Below are positions 25,038 to 37,819 of a stretch of DNA of 64,000 nucleotides, one piece after another. The notes under the pieces are model-generated. The model was not told the origin of the DNA. It saw only the letters and a list, made by a program, of their open reading frames with translations, and did not search any database. The stretch's first letter is position 1. Each line of letters starts with the position of its first letter. The stretch is from Eledone cirrhosa (lineage: Eukaryota): NCBI GenBank assembly GCA_964016885.1, contig OZ024741.1:271746001-271810000 (forward strand), given 5' to 3'. The translations under genes and the position numbers were made by a program.

Positions 25038-26872
25038 TAGTCTACTAAAGCTCTAGCAACTCAGCCAACAGAACACTGTCTGCCATTCAATCAATATTAA
25101 CTTACTGCAGAGACAATGACACAGGAGAAGGGGTTATGTAGACAGCTGAAAGAGGAAACGGTGTAGAAGTGTCATTTAAAACATGGCAGTCAACAGCTGT
25201 GTAAGAAAGTAAACATACAGATCAAAGATGATCTTATGACAGCATTGTTGCTATTACCTAGGTGTGTGTGTATGTATATATGTGTATGTATGTATGTGTG
25301 TGTATGTATATTGTGTATATTGTGTGTATGTGTGTGTATGTGTGTGAGTGTGTATGAGTGTGAGTGTGTATGAGTGTGTATGAGTGTGTGTGTATATGAG
25401 TGTGTGTATGTATGTGTGTGCATGTGTGTGTATATATATGTGTGTCTGTGTGTGTATGTATATGTATATGTATGTGTGTGCATGTGTATGTATGTGTGTA
25501 TGTATGTGTATGTATCCATGGATGCCTTAAGAGTAAGAAAGAAATTATGGCAGCATAACTACAGAAATATTGGCCGAACCAGAAAATGAAGTTCCACAAA
25601 GATTTTAATTACTAAATTTTTATTCAATATGCTAATGCATATGTGTATATTTGTGAGTCTTAACTTTGACTTACTTTGTGACAGACGTGTGTGTGTATGT
25701 GTATTGGTTGGTGTGGTACATGTGTGTATATATGTTGGTGTATATCAGTGTGTACATGTGTGTATATATAAGTTGATGTATACCTGTTTGTCACGTATGT
25801 ATGTATATATAGGTTGGTGTGTGTGTTGGTATGTCCCTATGTCAGTTTGTGTGTGTGTCTGTCACCATATGTGTATATGGGTTGGACATGATATATATAC
25901 ATACACACACTCAGTGTAGGTGCATGGCTTAGTGGTTAGAGCATTGGGCTTGCAATCGAAAGGTTGTGAGTTCAATTCATGGACCGGGTGATGTGTTGTT
26001 TCCTTGAGCAAGGCACTTTATTTCACATTGCTCCAGTTTAATCAGCTGTAGAAATGAGATGATAGAACTAGGGTCCCTATCATTCCACTGCAAAGTGGTT
26101 GTGGAGGTGCCACAGCAAAAAACCACCCAGCCCACACTGTAAAGTGGACGTGTAGGCGCCACGGAAAAAAAGCACCCAGCACTCACTGTAAATGAGGTTG
26201 GTGTTAGGAAGGGCATCCAGCTGTAGAAATCAAGCCAGAATCAGTTCCCGTATGAGCAAGACAAGGTCAGCCGACTGGATACTGCCCACAACAGGACAAC
26301 CCGTCTAACCCATGCTAGCGTGGAAGAACGGATGTAAAACGGTGATGATGATGATGATGATGATGATGCATACATTTATATGTATGAGTATAAACTCACA
26401 AACACGGACACACTTAAATACACTCAGACATATATTCACACAAATACACACATACATTTTCACAAACACACACATATACATACACTCACACACAGTTTAG
26501 TTTTTTCACAATCCCCTTCCTTTCTTTTACACACACATACATTCACACAGGCAGCAGATGTAAAGAGATAAGAGTAGTATGAGGTAGTCAAACAACTCCA
26601 CTCTATGTGTTGTGACAGAATTACAGAAATCTATGTAGATAATTATAATATGAAATGACCATTAAATTATAATTGTTTCTACTTTTGGCACAAGGCCAGC
26701 AATTACTCAGTGCATTACTGGTACTTTATTTTATTGACCCAGTAAGGATGAAATGCAAAGTTAACCTCGGCGGGATTTGAACTCAGAATGGCAAGGGCCG
26801 TAACTCTATGCGTCAAAGCATGGTGTCCGACCCTCTACCGATACTGCCAATCCACTGTAACAGCCCTCACTA

Positions 26873-27570
26873 TTTTGTTGTTGTCATGGTTATTAAAAAG
26901 TCAGGTATATGACCTTCCCACATCATTATTAAAAAGTCAGGTCATGTGACCTTCCCACAACATCGTTATTAAAAAGTCAGGTCATGTGACTTCCCACATC
27001 ACTATTAAAAAGTCAGGTCATGTGACCTTACCACAACATCACTATTAAAAGGTCAGCTGATGTGACTTTCCCACAACATCATTATTAAAAAGTCAGGGGG
27101 ATTGGCAGTATCGGTAGAGGGTCGGATGCCATGCTTTCCAGCATAGTTACGTCCCTTTACGATCTGAGTTCAAATCCCGCCGAGGTTGACTTTGCCTTTC
27201 ATCCTTACGGGGTCGATAAAATAAAGTACCAGTAATGCACTGGGTAATTGCTGGCCTTGTGCCTAAAGTAGAAACAATTATTAAAAAGTCAGATCATGTG
27301 ACTTCCCACATCACTATTAAAAAGTCAGGTCATGTGACCTTCCCACAACATCACTATTAAAAGGTCAGCTGATGTGACTTTCCCACAACATCATTATTAA
27401 AAAGTCAGGTCATGTGACTTCCCACATCATTATTAAAAAGTCAGGTCATGTGACCTTCCCACATCACTATTAAAAAGTCAGGTCATGTGACCTTCCCACA
27501 ACATCATAATATGAAATAGCTCTTAGTTTTGTTGTTGTCATGGTTATTAAAAAATCATGTGACCATTCCC
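26873..27570. repeat. About 37-40-bp minisatellite (TATTAAAAAGTCAGGTCATGTGACCTTCCCACAACATC, about 12 units) with a SINE A insertion, in LAPTM4 intron 1
   Basis: Direct tandem repeat. SINE 27097-27276 is flanked by the 16-bp TSD ATTATTAAAAAGTCAG. Confidence 0.93.
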
Positions 27571-28479
27571 ATGACATCACAGAAGAAAAAATTTAATAAA
27601 TAATGTAGAATGTGACAGGAAAAATGTGAGGACAGAAAGAAGAGAGAAAAATGTGGAGGAAAAGTCCTATACAGAAATGTCAAACATTCAAGTAATACAC
27701 ATACACAGAATAACTTACAGTGTGTGTGTGGGGGGTGGGGGGTGTATGTGGCATATGTGTGTCATGTATGTGTTAAGAAATGGAGGGGAGAAAGGGTGTG
27801 TGTGTGTGTATGGTGTGTGGTGTGTATATGGTGTGTGTGTGGTGTGATGTGTGTGTGCATGACAGTGAAAGAGCGAGCTTTGGAAGGAAGAAAGTGTGTG
27901 TGCGTGGTGTGTATGTGTGTGTGGCATGTGTGTAGTGTGTATGTGTATGTGTATGTGTGTATGGTGTGTGTGTGGGGGGGGGGTATATGGTTTGTGTGTG
28001 TGTGGTGTGTGTGTGTGTATAACAGTGATGGAGTGAGAAATGGAGGGACGAATGTGTGTGAGTGAGAGTGTGTGTTTGTGTGTACATGCGAGTGAGGGAA
28101 AGAGATGGGGAGGAGAATGTGTGCGCGTGAGTGGGGGATGAGTAATGTGCTTGTATGTGCGGCGACACACAAATCATTTATCTGCAACATGTTGCAATAT
28201 AGTGGAAGATGAAAAGGAGCTCAATCCTGAGGAGCAATGGAAAGACCAGGTTGTGCCAACAGGTAGCACAAAGAATGCATCCAGTCCATACTGTAAACTG
28301 GTTGATTACAGAGGAAAGGCATCCAGCCAAAAATATGAAAAGCACGACATATAAGATTCACACAAACTGAATATACAGGGCTAACACTGGTCAATTTAAT
28401 GCTTCACGTGGTAGTGGGATGGCTAATATAGCCATGTTCTAGAAGCTCTTGACCTTCTTCAAGTAATCACACACCCTTC

Positions 28480-28820
28480 TTCCCTTCTAGGTACAGAGAA
28501 TCACTACTAGAGGACCGAATAACTACGGTTAGGTAACACATCACAGGGCTGCCACTCTCAATGTTGACACACTGAAAAGTAGATCAGGAGAAATTGTGGA
28601 GTTGCTTGAGAGGAGATGAGTGGATATGTGCTGTGTTGAAGAAGTAAGATAGAGGAGTGCTTCAGCAAGACAACTCACAGGCAAACAACATAGATACAAG
28701 CTTTTCTAGGTGGGAAATAATGATGGGATAGGTGGTGTAAGCATTCTACTTGCTGAGAAATGGATAGATAAGATGATAGAAGTAGTTTAAAGTGACAGAA
28801 TTATCAAGCTCAGAATAATT
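28480..28820 (+). mobile_element. RTE LINE 5' (APE endonuclease N-terminal) fragment
   Basis: TLNVDTLKSRSGEIVELLERR.VDMCCVEEVR...GNNDGIGGVSILLAEKW with stops. Confidence 0.75.
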
Positions 28821-29284
28821 GTATTACTAAATCCTTTCAAATTCTTCAATATTTTCAAAATTATTTGAAAATCATTAGAAATATGTCAAAAAAGGTTTTG
28901 CGGCATGTTTTAATGAGAATTAACGTTTTGTATTTAATTATCTGTTTGTTATAGCTAAGTCTATAATGTCAGTCGGTCTGGCAAGGTGACAATATGGATG
29001 TAATAAGTTAAGCAACATTTGTCAGCTGATGAAAGGTTGACATCAAATAACCTACAACTTACACCCCTGGCTGTTAAGTTGAATGAGAACACCTTGCTGA
29101 CTAATCAAGGTTTACTGAAGGTACAACAAAGATGGCTGTGTTGTTAAGAAGATTGCAATGTTTTACATACATAGAGATACACGTACACACATATATATAG
29201 ATATGCAAACATATATATACATACAAATACATACACATATATATACAAATATACATATATACACACACACACACACATATATAT

Positions 29285-31090
29285 AGGTCATCAGATTAGC
29301 ATGGGAGGGGGGGTGTTCCGAGGGTATAGTATCTAGAATAAGGACAGGTTGGAAGAAGTTTAGGGAGCTGCTTCCTCTGTTGACAAAGAAGGGGTTCTCC
29401 CTGCATACGAAAGGACGGTTATATGATGTCTGCATGAGATGCGTGATGCTGCATGGTAGTGAGACATGGGCAGCAACTGCAGAGGATATGCAACGGCTGG
29501 AGAGAAATGAAGTAAGCATGCTCCATTGGATGTGCAATGTCAATGTACGTGAACGACCAAGCATAGATGAGTTGACAGAGAAACTGGGTATAAGAGGGAT
29601 AAGTTGTGGTGTGCAGGAGAGAAGGCTGAGATGGTATGGACATGTGATGCACATGGAGGATGACCGCTGAGTAAAGAAGTGCCAAGAAATCCCAGTAGCA
29701 GGAAGACCACGAAAAACATGGGCGGAGGTGGTGAGAGCAGACCTCAGATCGCTGAAACTTACGGAGGAGATGACGAAAGAACCGTGACAAGTGGAGAGAT
29801 GCTGTGCTGAATAGGACCCGTCCAACCCTTGCAAGCAGGGAAAAGCGGACATATGATGATGATGATGATGATATAAATATATACATACTGTATATATATA
29901 CATATATGTATATAAACATATATATATAAACATATAAATATATATATACATATATGTATATAAACAAATATATATATATATATACACATATAAATATATA
30001 TATACATATATGTATATAAACAAATATATATATATATATACATCATCAAACATATAAATAAAGTAAATAGAAACAATGCAGATCTTGGGTACACAAGAGA
30101 TGTAGTGGGATAGCAGGCAAACTAACAGGTAGGGAAAACTACGTATGCAGTAGATGTACAGGGAAAGTTGGCAGTAGTAATCGCAGTGATAGACACATTT
30201 TTCCAATGCAGGTGGGTTCTATAGAAGTGGTTGATAGCTTCCGGGACCTAGGTGATCAGATTAGCATGGGAGGGGGTGTTCTGAGGCCATAGTATCCAGA
30301 ATAAGGACGGGTTGGAAGAAGTTTAGGGAGCTGCTTCCTCTGTTGACAAAGAAGGGTTTTTCCTTGCGTACGAAAGGACAGTTATGTGATGCCTGTGTGA
30401 GATGTGCGATGCTGCATGGTAGTGAGACAATTGCAGAGGATATGCAACAGGTAGAGAGAAATGAAGCAAGTATGCTCCGTTGGATGTGCAATGTCAATGT
30501 GCATAAATGACCAAGCATAGACGAGTTGAGAAAGAAACTGGGTATAAGAGGGATAAGTTGTGGTGTGCAGGAGAGAAGGTTGAGATGGTATGGACATGTG
30601 ATGCGCATGGAGGATGACCGCTGGATAAAGAAGTGCCAAGAAATCCCAGTAGAAGGAAGACGCAGTAGAGGTAGACCATGAAAAACATGGGTGGATGTGG
30701 TGAGAGCAGACCTCAGATTGCTGAAACTCACCAAGGAGATGACGAAGGACCTTGACAAGTGGAGAGATGCTGTGCTGAATAGGACCCGTCCAACCCTTGC
30801 AAGCAGGGAAAAGCGAACATAAAATGATGATGATGATGATATATATATATATATCATCATCGATCCATTTTCTACGCTAGCATGGGTTACACATATATAT
30901 CATCATCATTTTACATCCAGCCTTTTCATATCCTCTGCAGTTTCTGCCCATGTCTCACTACCGTGCATCTCACACAGGCATCATACAACCGACCTTTCGT
31001 TCGCAAGGAGAAACCTTGTTGTTGAGGGAGTAGCTCCCTAAACTTCTTCCATCCTGTCCTTATTCTAGATACTATGGCCTCGAAGTAGCA
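29285..31090 (+). mobile_element. Cluster of RTE LINE 3' fragments (29285-29870 +, 30080-30840 +, 30905-31085 inverted)
   Basis: Two similar copies of [12 protein letters not shown]...LHGSETW...RLRWYGHVM with (ATG)n tails, plus a short reverse-strand piece. Confidence 0.85.
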
Positions 31091-31657
31091 TCTAACCCAT
31101 GCTAGCGTGGAAAATGGACGTTAAACGAAGATGATGATGATGATGATATATATAAATATATATATATATAGAAACAGTCCTATATGAGCAAGACATAGTC
31201 AACCTACCTAACTTGCCTCTATTGAGACAAACCCGTCTAAGCCATGCTAGTGTGGAATATAGACATTAAACGATAATAATATATATATATATATAATACA
31301 TTTTGTGTTAGTTAATCAACTGACACTAGTGTACGCATGGTAAAGCATACTTGACGAAGTAAACATGTAGGTCTGTGTACTCTGGTGTAACAATGAAGTA
31401 GGAGCCAGTGGGTTAGAATTTACCTCATTTTATTGATGAATTAATAGTTGTTATACGTATTTTTATGGCAACTGTTATGTAACAGTTACAACCACATCAG
31501 ACAGCTATTATGTGAACAAACAAATGACATGAACAAAAATAACGATAAAATTTACTCATGTAGTAACCACAGGTGGGTTACTGATGTTCCTTCAAAGTTC
31601 TGCTGACATATATATATATATATATAGTTTAACGTCTATCTTATACATACATATATT

Positions 31658-31693
<36 letters not shown>

Positions 31694-32255
31694 TTTATAT
31701 ATATATATACACACACACATATACATACATATTAAATTTAATTGTTTCTACTTTAGGCACAAGGCCAGCAATTACCCAGTGCATTACTGGTACTTTATTT
31801 TATCGACCCCGTAAGGATGAATGGCAAAGTCAACCTCGGCGGGATTTGAACTCAGATCGTAAAGGGACGTAACTATGCTGGAAAGCATGGCGTCCGACCC
31901 TCTACCGATACTGCCAATCCACCCACATACATATTAAATTTAATACAATTAAGTTTCACTTCAAAATTCTTTTATTGCCTATCTGAGGAGCAAGTCGATG
32001 TGGCAGTCACGTCAATCACTTCGATACTGACCTCAAACCAATCATCTATGAAACATATGTAATGGTCGATATTCAATTAAGCATTTTAAAATGAAACTTC
32101 GTCGTATCCAACTTAATATATACACTCTGCTATAGCATTGATACCACCTTCAGTAATAAACTAAATTACTGAATATCCAGCATTTCATTTATATATATAT
32201 ACACACAAATATATATACACGTACATATATACATACACACATATACATACACGTA

Positions 32256-34292
32256 TAATAATAATAATAATAATAATGAAATTATTGTGTACAGTGCTCA
32301 GGTGCACTACAACTCATCAAAGGTGCATGTATAGTACATAGAATAATGTACAAATGTCAGGAAAATAAACAGTGTATGAGTCATGATATAATAACAATAA
32401 CGAAATATTGTGCACAGTGCCCAGGTGCACCACAACTCATCAAAAAAGTGCATGTACAGTACATAGGGCAATGCACAAACATCAGTAAAATGAACAGTGC
32501 ACGAGTCATGATACACACATGTGTGCATGTGTATGGAAGGGGTACATCAGGTGTACTTTTGGCGTATTTTGGGAAGCATGAGTGTCTTAAAGGATGCAGT
32601 GTCTCGGCAGCTAACAATTGACGCAGGCAGTTTGTTCCATGCTTCAGTAACTCTGAGCGTGAAAAAATGTCTGCGAAAGTCATGGGAGCTGTGCTGTTTT
32701 CTTATCTTGTAGGCATGTCCACGTGTGTTAGACACATGGAGATCAAAGAGGCGCTCAGGGTTGCAGTTGGCGAGATGGTTAAAAACTTTGTGGGTATTCA
32801 CCAAGTCCATTGCCAGACGTCGGAGCTTCAATGAATCCATGCCCAGGGAAGCAAGGCGTTCAGAGTATGGTAGGTGTCTGATGGAGGGTATGCGCTTGGT
32901 TGCACGTTTCTGAACAGTTTCCAGGAGGTCAATGTTCCGAGCAAGATAGGGGTTCCAGACTGATGATGCGAATTCCAAGTGTGGTCGCACCATAGCTGTA
33001 TACAGTTTTAAATAGATGGCTGGAGAGCGGCTAACAAAGGTCTTGCTGAGTGATGCCAAGACACCCTCGGCCTTCTTGACAATCTTAGAGACATGCTTTG
33101 TCCAACGCAAATCGTTGCTGACAGTAATGCCCAGGTCATGTTCACAAGAGGACTTTTGATGTCAGTGTTGTGGAGGGAGTATGTGGACGCTGGATTTTTC
33201 CTTCCAAAATGCATGGTGGTACACTTGTCCACAGCCAGCTTCAGTTGCCAGTCTGTGATCCATTGCTGCATTGTGTCCAGGTCTGATTGTAGGAAAGAGT
33301 TGTAAATTTCAGGATCAGTCCTTTTGATTTCAAGGTACAGCTTGATGTCATCTGCATATTTTAGTACCGTGGCATTCTGTAAGTTGGCATCTATGTCATT
33401 AATATATGCCACAAACAAAAGAGGACCAAGAACAGATCCCTGTGGTACACCAGATGACATCTCATATGGTGAAGAATGCTGTCCTAGAACCGTGACTACT
33501 TCCTTTCGGCTGAGAATGAAGGATTTCAGCCAGTCGAAAAGATCATCCCTCACACCCATTGCAGAGAGTTTTGCCATAAGTCTTTTGTGTGGCACAGAAT
33601 TAAAAGCCTTAGCAAAGTCAAGGTAAACAACATCCACCCATGAGCCGCTGTCAGTGATCCGGGTGATGTCCTCAAGAAACTCGATAAGCTGATCACAGCA
33701 GCTGGAGTTAGGGATAAATCCAAACTGTGAGGGCCGGATGAGGCTGTGAGAGCTCCAGAAGTTCCAAAGTGTTTCTCTGACACAGGATTCCATCAGTTTG
33801 GCCATACAGCTAGTAAGACTGACTGGACGATAGTTGACAGGTGACATGCGGTTGCCCTTTTTGAACAGGGGAATGACACTGGCAGTTTTCCACTGCTCCG
33901 GAGTAGCACCATTGCTGAGACAGTATTGAAAGAAAAAAGAAAGCTGGCACAAAAGGAAATCCCCGCCACGTTTGAGAAGCAGGTATGTCACACCATCAAG
34001 ACCAGGGGAGGCATAGTTGCGCTTATTCTTAAGGTGACGTCGCAACATTGCAGGTGTAAATTCCATAGTTGTTATGGAATTTGATGTTAGAGATGGTGGA
34101 GATGGTACATTCTGGTCCTCAACAGTAAAAATACTTGCATAGCACTCAGCAATGAGTTCTGCGCATTCCTTGGGATCGTCAGTGATCTGGCTTGTGTGGG
34201 GATTGCGAAGAGGACCAACTGGAGAGTGAGGTCTCTGCTTTGAATGAACATATTTCCAGAACACCTTACTGTCAAGATTGGTTGCGATGCAC
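32256..34292 (-). mobile_element. 5'-truncated CR1-clade LINE (RT + C-terminus, one frameshift, (ATT)n tail) in LAPTM4 intron 1
   Basis: NYRPVSLTS, YLDFAKAFNSVPH, SGVPQGSVLGPLLF, YADDIKL, RPHLEFASSVWNPY, TRGH...RHFFTLRVTEAWNKLP. Two ORFs are joined by a 1-nt frameshift near 33155. Confidence 0.95.
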
Positions 34293-34649
34293 TGTTATAT
34301 ATACATATATATGCGTATATTCATATATATAAACAAGGTTTAGTAAATAATGAAAAAGTTTCAAAATAATATGTATATATATATATGCATTACGTATATT
34401 CACATCTACATATTCACATATGTAAATTAAAATATATTTTATTTACTTAAGAGGTGTATAAATAACATTGCAAATAATTTTAAAAAGAGAAAGAAAAAGG
34501 AAAGAAAAAAAGAAAGAGAAAAAGAAGAAAAAAAACAAGCAGATAGTACACACATCTAGGACCACATATAACAAAGGGCAGGCGAAAGAGGTGGACAAAC
34601 GAGCAGCTACCGGAGCAAAAGATAATATAGCAAGGGGCATTGGGAAATC

Positions 34650-35060
34650 TATCTAATGATTTTTTAGGCAAACCAGCACGCTCGTAGCGTTACCTGAGGT
34701 GATGGCGAGGCTGAGGTGCTGGAACAACCAAGCGCCCTCACGAATATCACCAGTTACCTCTGTGAGGCGAGCCACTAGTGATGCAACGACTTCGCAGTCA
34801 GCGGCCCGCCAACCCAAACGTTTCAAATGCCACAGGTTGGAAAATGTAGTTAGCCGACAGAACACGGTATTTCAGCATTTTGTTCTCGCCCTAACCGCAG
34901 CATCCAGGATTTGGGAAGAAGCAAAACAGTCGCTGTGACATCCCAGATAAGGTCTCTTAACCAGGTCGTCAGGTCTTTTCCCATTCATTCTGGACAGTCA
35001 AGACGCTTCCAAAATTGAATGGATGTTTGCCCGGGTCAAAGCTCTCGTGAATATGATTGC
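34650..35060 (-). mobile_element. Second CRE-like restriction-endonuclease LINE remnant
   Basis: GKRPD..IWDVT..FQPVAFETFG..GDIREGAWLFQHLSLAITSGNATSVL across frameshifts. Confidence 0.7.
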
Positions 35061-35373
35061 GCTTCTTCTGAGCAACAGGATCAGAGTTAGGGAGGGAGGA
35101 GGGGCAGAAAAACGAATTAGCGATATAATTGCTTGATATTTAAATTTGGGTTAATATTATTGTTGCTCTGGGTGTTTTTGTTTTTTGTTTTTTTCTAATT
35201 CTGACTAAATAAATAGTAATATCTTTGAAAGATTTGAAATGTTCTACTTAAAATGAACTTGTCCATGAATAGCAAGCTGGGCGTATTTAGATTTTGTAAA
35301 CAAAAACAAAACAAAACAAAAAAACTTAAGGATTATTTAAACTGACAACAATACAAGAGCTTTAAAAAATCTA

Positions 35374-35426
<53 letters not shown>

Positions 35427-35647
35427 TAGATTGATTGATAGTTATGTCTTTTCTCTGTTGATACAACTACGATAATTAATCCTTTTCTTTTTTTTTTATT
35501 TACTTACGAAATTTAAGGATTATTTAAACTAACTTACAACAATACAAGGACTACACACATATATATAGATAGATAGGTTGACAAATATGTGTTTTATCTG
35601 TTGATACCACTACGACAATTAATCCTTCTGTTTAATTATTTACTTAC

Positions 35648-35752
35648 CAAACGCGATACTGCTAATATAATGGTACCAGTCCTTACGTGACAGCAAAAAC
35701 AACAGCGGTAAGCATTCGGTTCTTCGTTGTCGTATTTCAGTCGCATTTTCAT
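35648..35752 (-). CDS. LAPTM4: LAPTM4-family gene, coding exon 1
   Basis: MKMRLKYDNEEPNAYRCCFCCHVRTGTIILAVSRL|gtaagt, with the hallmark RCC.CCHVRTGT. The seven exons sum to 933 nt = 310 aa + stop. An alternative start ATG lies at 35746. Confidence 0.95.
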
Positions 35753-36250
35753 TGTAAATGACTTCTAGCTATGCTTCTTTTGTTTGTTTGCTTTTTTCTG
35801 AAAGTATTATACAAATACTATACTGGATAGAAATGAAGAGACTTTCGGAGAAATATTTGCCAAATCAACAAACAGATCCGTTTGCAAAGTTTTGGCAAAT
35901 TTCAGGTTTCACCAATGGCGAACGTTTACTTAAGATATAACAGGAACTATATTACACTCACACACATATGAGGAGTGTTTATTTTTAAAACATCCTCTTA
36001 TAAGCATATTATGTTGTAGTTCAACATAAAAGTGATAGATAAAAAAGAAAGAAAACAACGAGATGAATTCTATAAGATAATTGGACCCGTTCAACTGTGT
36101 GAATTCGATAAGATATTTGGCACTATTTTGTTTTCGCGTTTGTTTTTCTCTCCTACGTGTAACGAGATGGATGCAGTGATTCATGCAGTGACGTCATGTA
36201 GTAATTGTGATATGAGGGTGGGAGACCAACCAAAAAAATAAAGATAAACA
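35753..36250 (-). promoter_or_regulatory. Putative LAPTM4 5' UTR/promoter region with a perfect CRE palindrome TGACGTCA (36189-36196)
   Basis: Repeat-free sequence upstream of the ATG, with more CpG than the flanks. The transcription start cannot be determined. Confidence 0.4.
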
Positions 36251-37254
36251 ATGATAGAGTGCTCTCCCCTTGCAAAACCAAATCGGTTGTTGGGCTTGAC
36301 CTACTAGAAATAGTAGCCAAATCTATCTCGAAGACCCATCCCACACTCCTACGCTACTCCTACCATCATAAAAAAATATATCATATTGGATAATGTATTC
36401 TGGGATGTAATATGGTTGAAGAAAAAGACAGGATGGTTGTGATCAGAAAGCTTTTGACCATAGTGAAACTCTTTTAAACATGACCTGGAGCTAATTAACA
36501 AACTAGTATGTATGATGTAGCCTTTCGTTATTCTAACAGCGTGTGAAAAGCCACGAGACTATGACTCTAAATGGCCATCTGTTGTGGTCTAATCATATGA
36601 TCAAGATGAGCAGATGTCATATGCTCTGCCAGTTCTTATGTTTTATGTTTTTATGATTTTTACTTGGTGTAAGATACGGAGTGGCGTCTGGCAGTATCGG
36701 TAGAGAGTCGGATGCCATGCTTTGACGCATAGAGTTACGGCCCTTGCCATTCTGAGTTCAAATCCCGCCGAGGTTAACTTTACCTTTCATCCTTAAGGGG
36801 TCGATAAAATAAAGTACCAGTAATGCACTGGGTAATTGCTGGCCTTGTGCCTAAAGTAGAAACAATTATTAGTGGTGGATTGGCAGTATCGGTAGAGGGT
36901 CGGACGCCATGCTTTGCCGCATAGAGTTACGGCCCTTTATGATCTGAGTTCAAATCCCGCCGAGGTTAACTTTGCCTTTCATCCTTACGGGGTCGGTAAA
37001 ATAAAGTACCAGTCACGCACTGGGGTCAATTTCATCGACTTTTCCCTTCCCCCCTCCCCAAATTGCTGGCCTTGTGCCTAAATAAGAAACCATTATTAGT
37101 GACCTTTCTGGATTGGCAGTATCGGTAGAGGGTCGGACACCATGCTTTTTTTTTTTTTACAAAAAGAAAACCCACGGTGTAGTGTCTTTAATGAAACTAT
37201 TATTATTATTAATATTAAAGTTTTCTTTCCGACTGAGCTGTATATATATAAGTA

Positions 37255-37500
37255 TGTCAATTTCGTATATTTAATGAATATTGAAAAGCTGACGGCTAGC
37301 CGTCTACCGGATTCCAGCAGAAGTAGCAGCAGACAACTGCCAATGCATTTCTGGCTCTGGCCATCATCAGTGATGCCCCTGCTCCTGCTAGAATCCGCTA
37401 GATAGTGCTAGCTGTCAGCTTTTCAATATTCATAGCTAAAAGACTTTCCAAATGTTTATTTGTAAACATACCGTATATTATTAGATATACGAAATTTACT
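37255..37500. repeat. Imperfect inverted repeat (MITE-like)
   Basis: ATGAATATTGAAAAGCTGACGGCTAGC..CTACCGGATTCCAGCAG mirrored by CTGCTAGAATCCGCTAG..GCTAGCTGTCAGCTTTTCAATATTCAT. Confidence 0.7.
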
Positions 37501-37819
37501 ACAGCAATGTTAGCTTTGCCTTTAATCTTTACGGAGTTGATAAAATAAAAACCCCAGTAATGCACAGGTGTCGATTTAATCGACTTTCCCCTTCACAAAA
37601 ATAGCTGGGCTTGTGCCTAAAGTAGAAATCATTATTAATAGCAAAAAAAAAGACGGAAATGCTGTCAGGCAGACCTGCCGGAGATGCGTGCAGGTCGATG
37701 AAACCATTCTGCAGACACTTCTCCAGTGACCATACATTACTGACTTGTCGAGTTATGTCAAACAGCTGCTGCCGCATTTAGGATGGATCCAGCTATTGAC
37801 CGAGTCCATAGTGAAGATC

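Noticed and set aside
29025-29060. CTGATGA followed by an AGGTT/AACCT hairpin as a hammerhead
   Set aside because: The GAAA box and stem I partner are missing; at most a dead relic.
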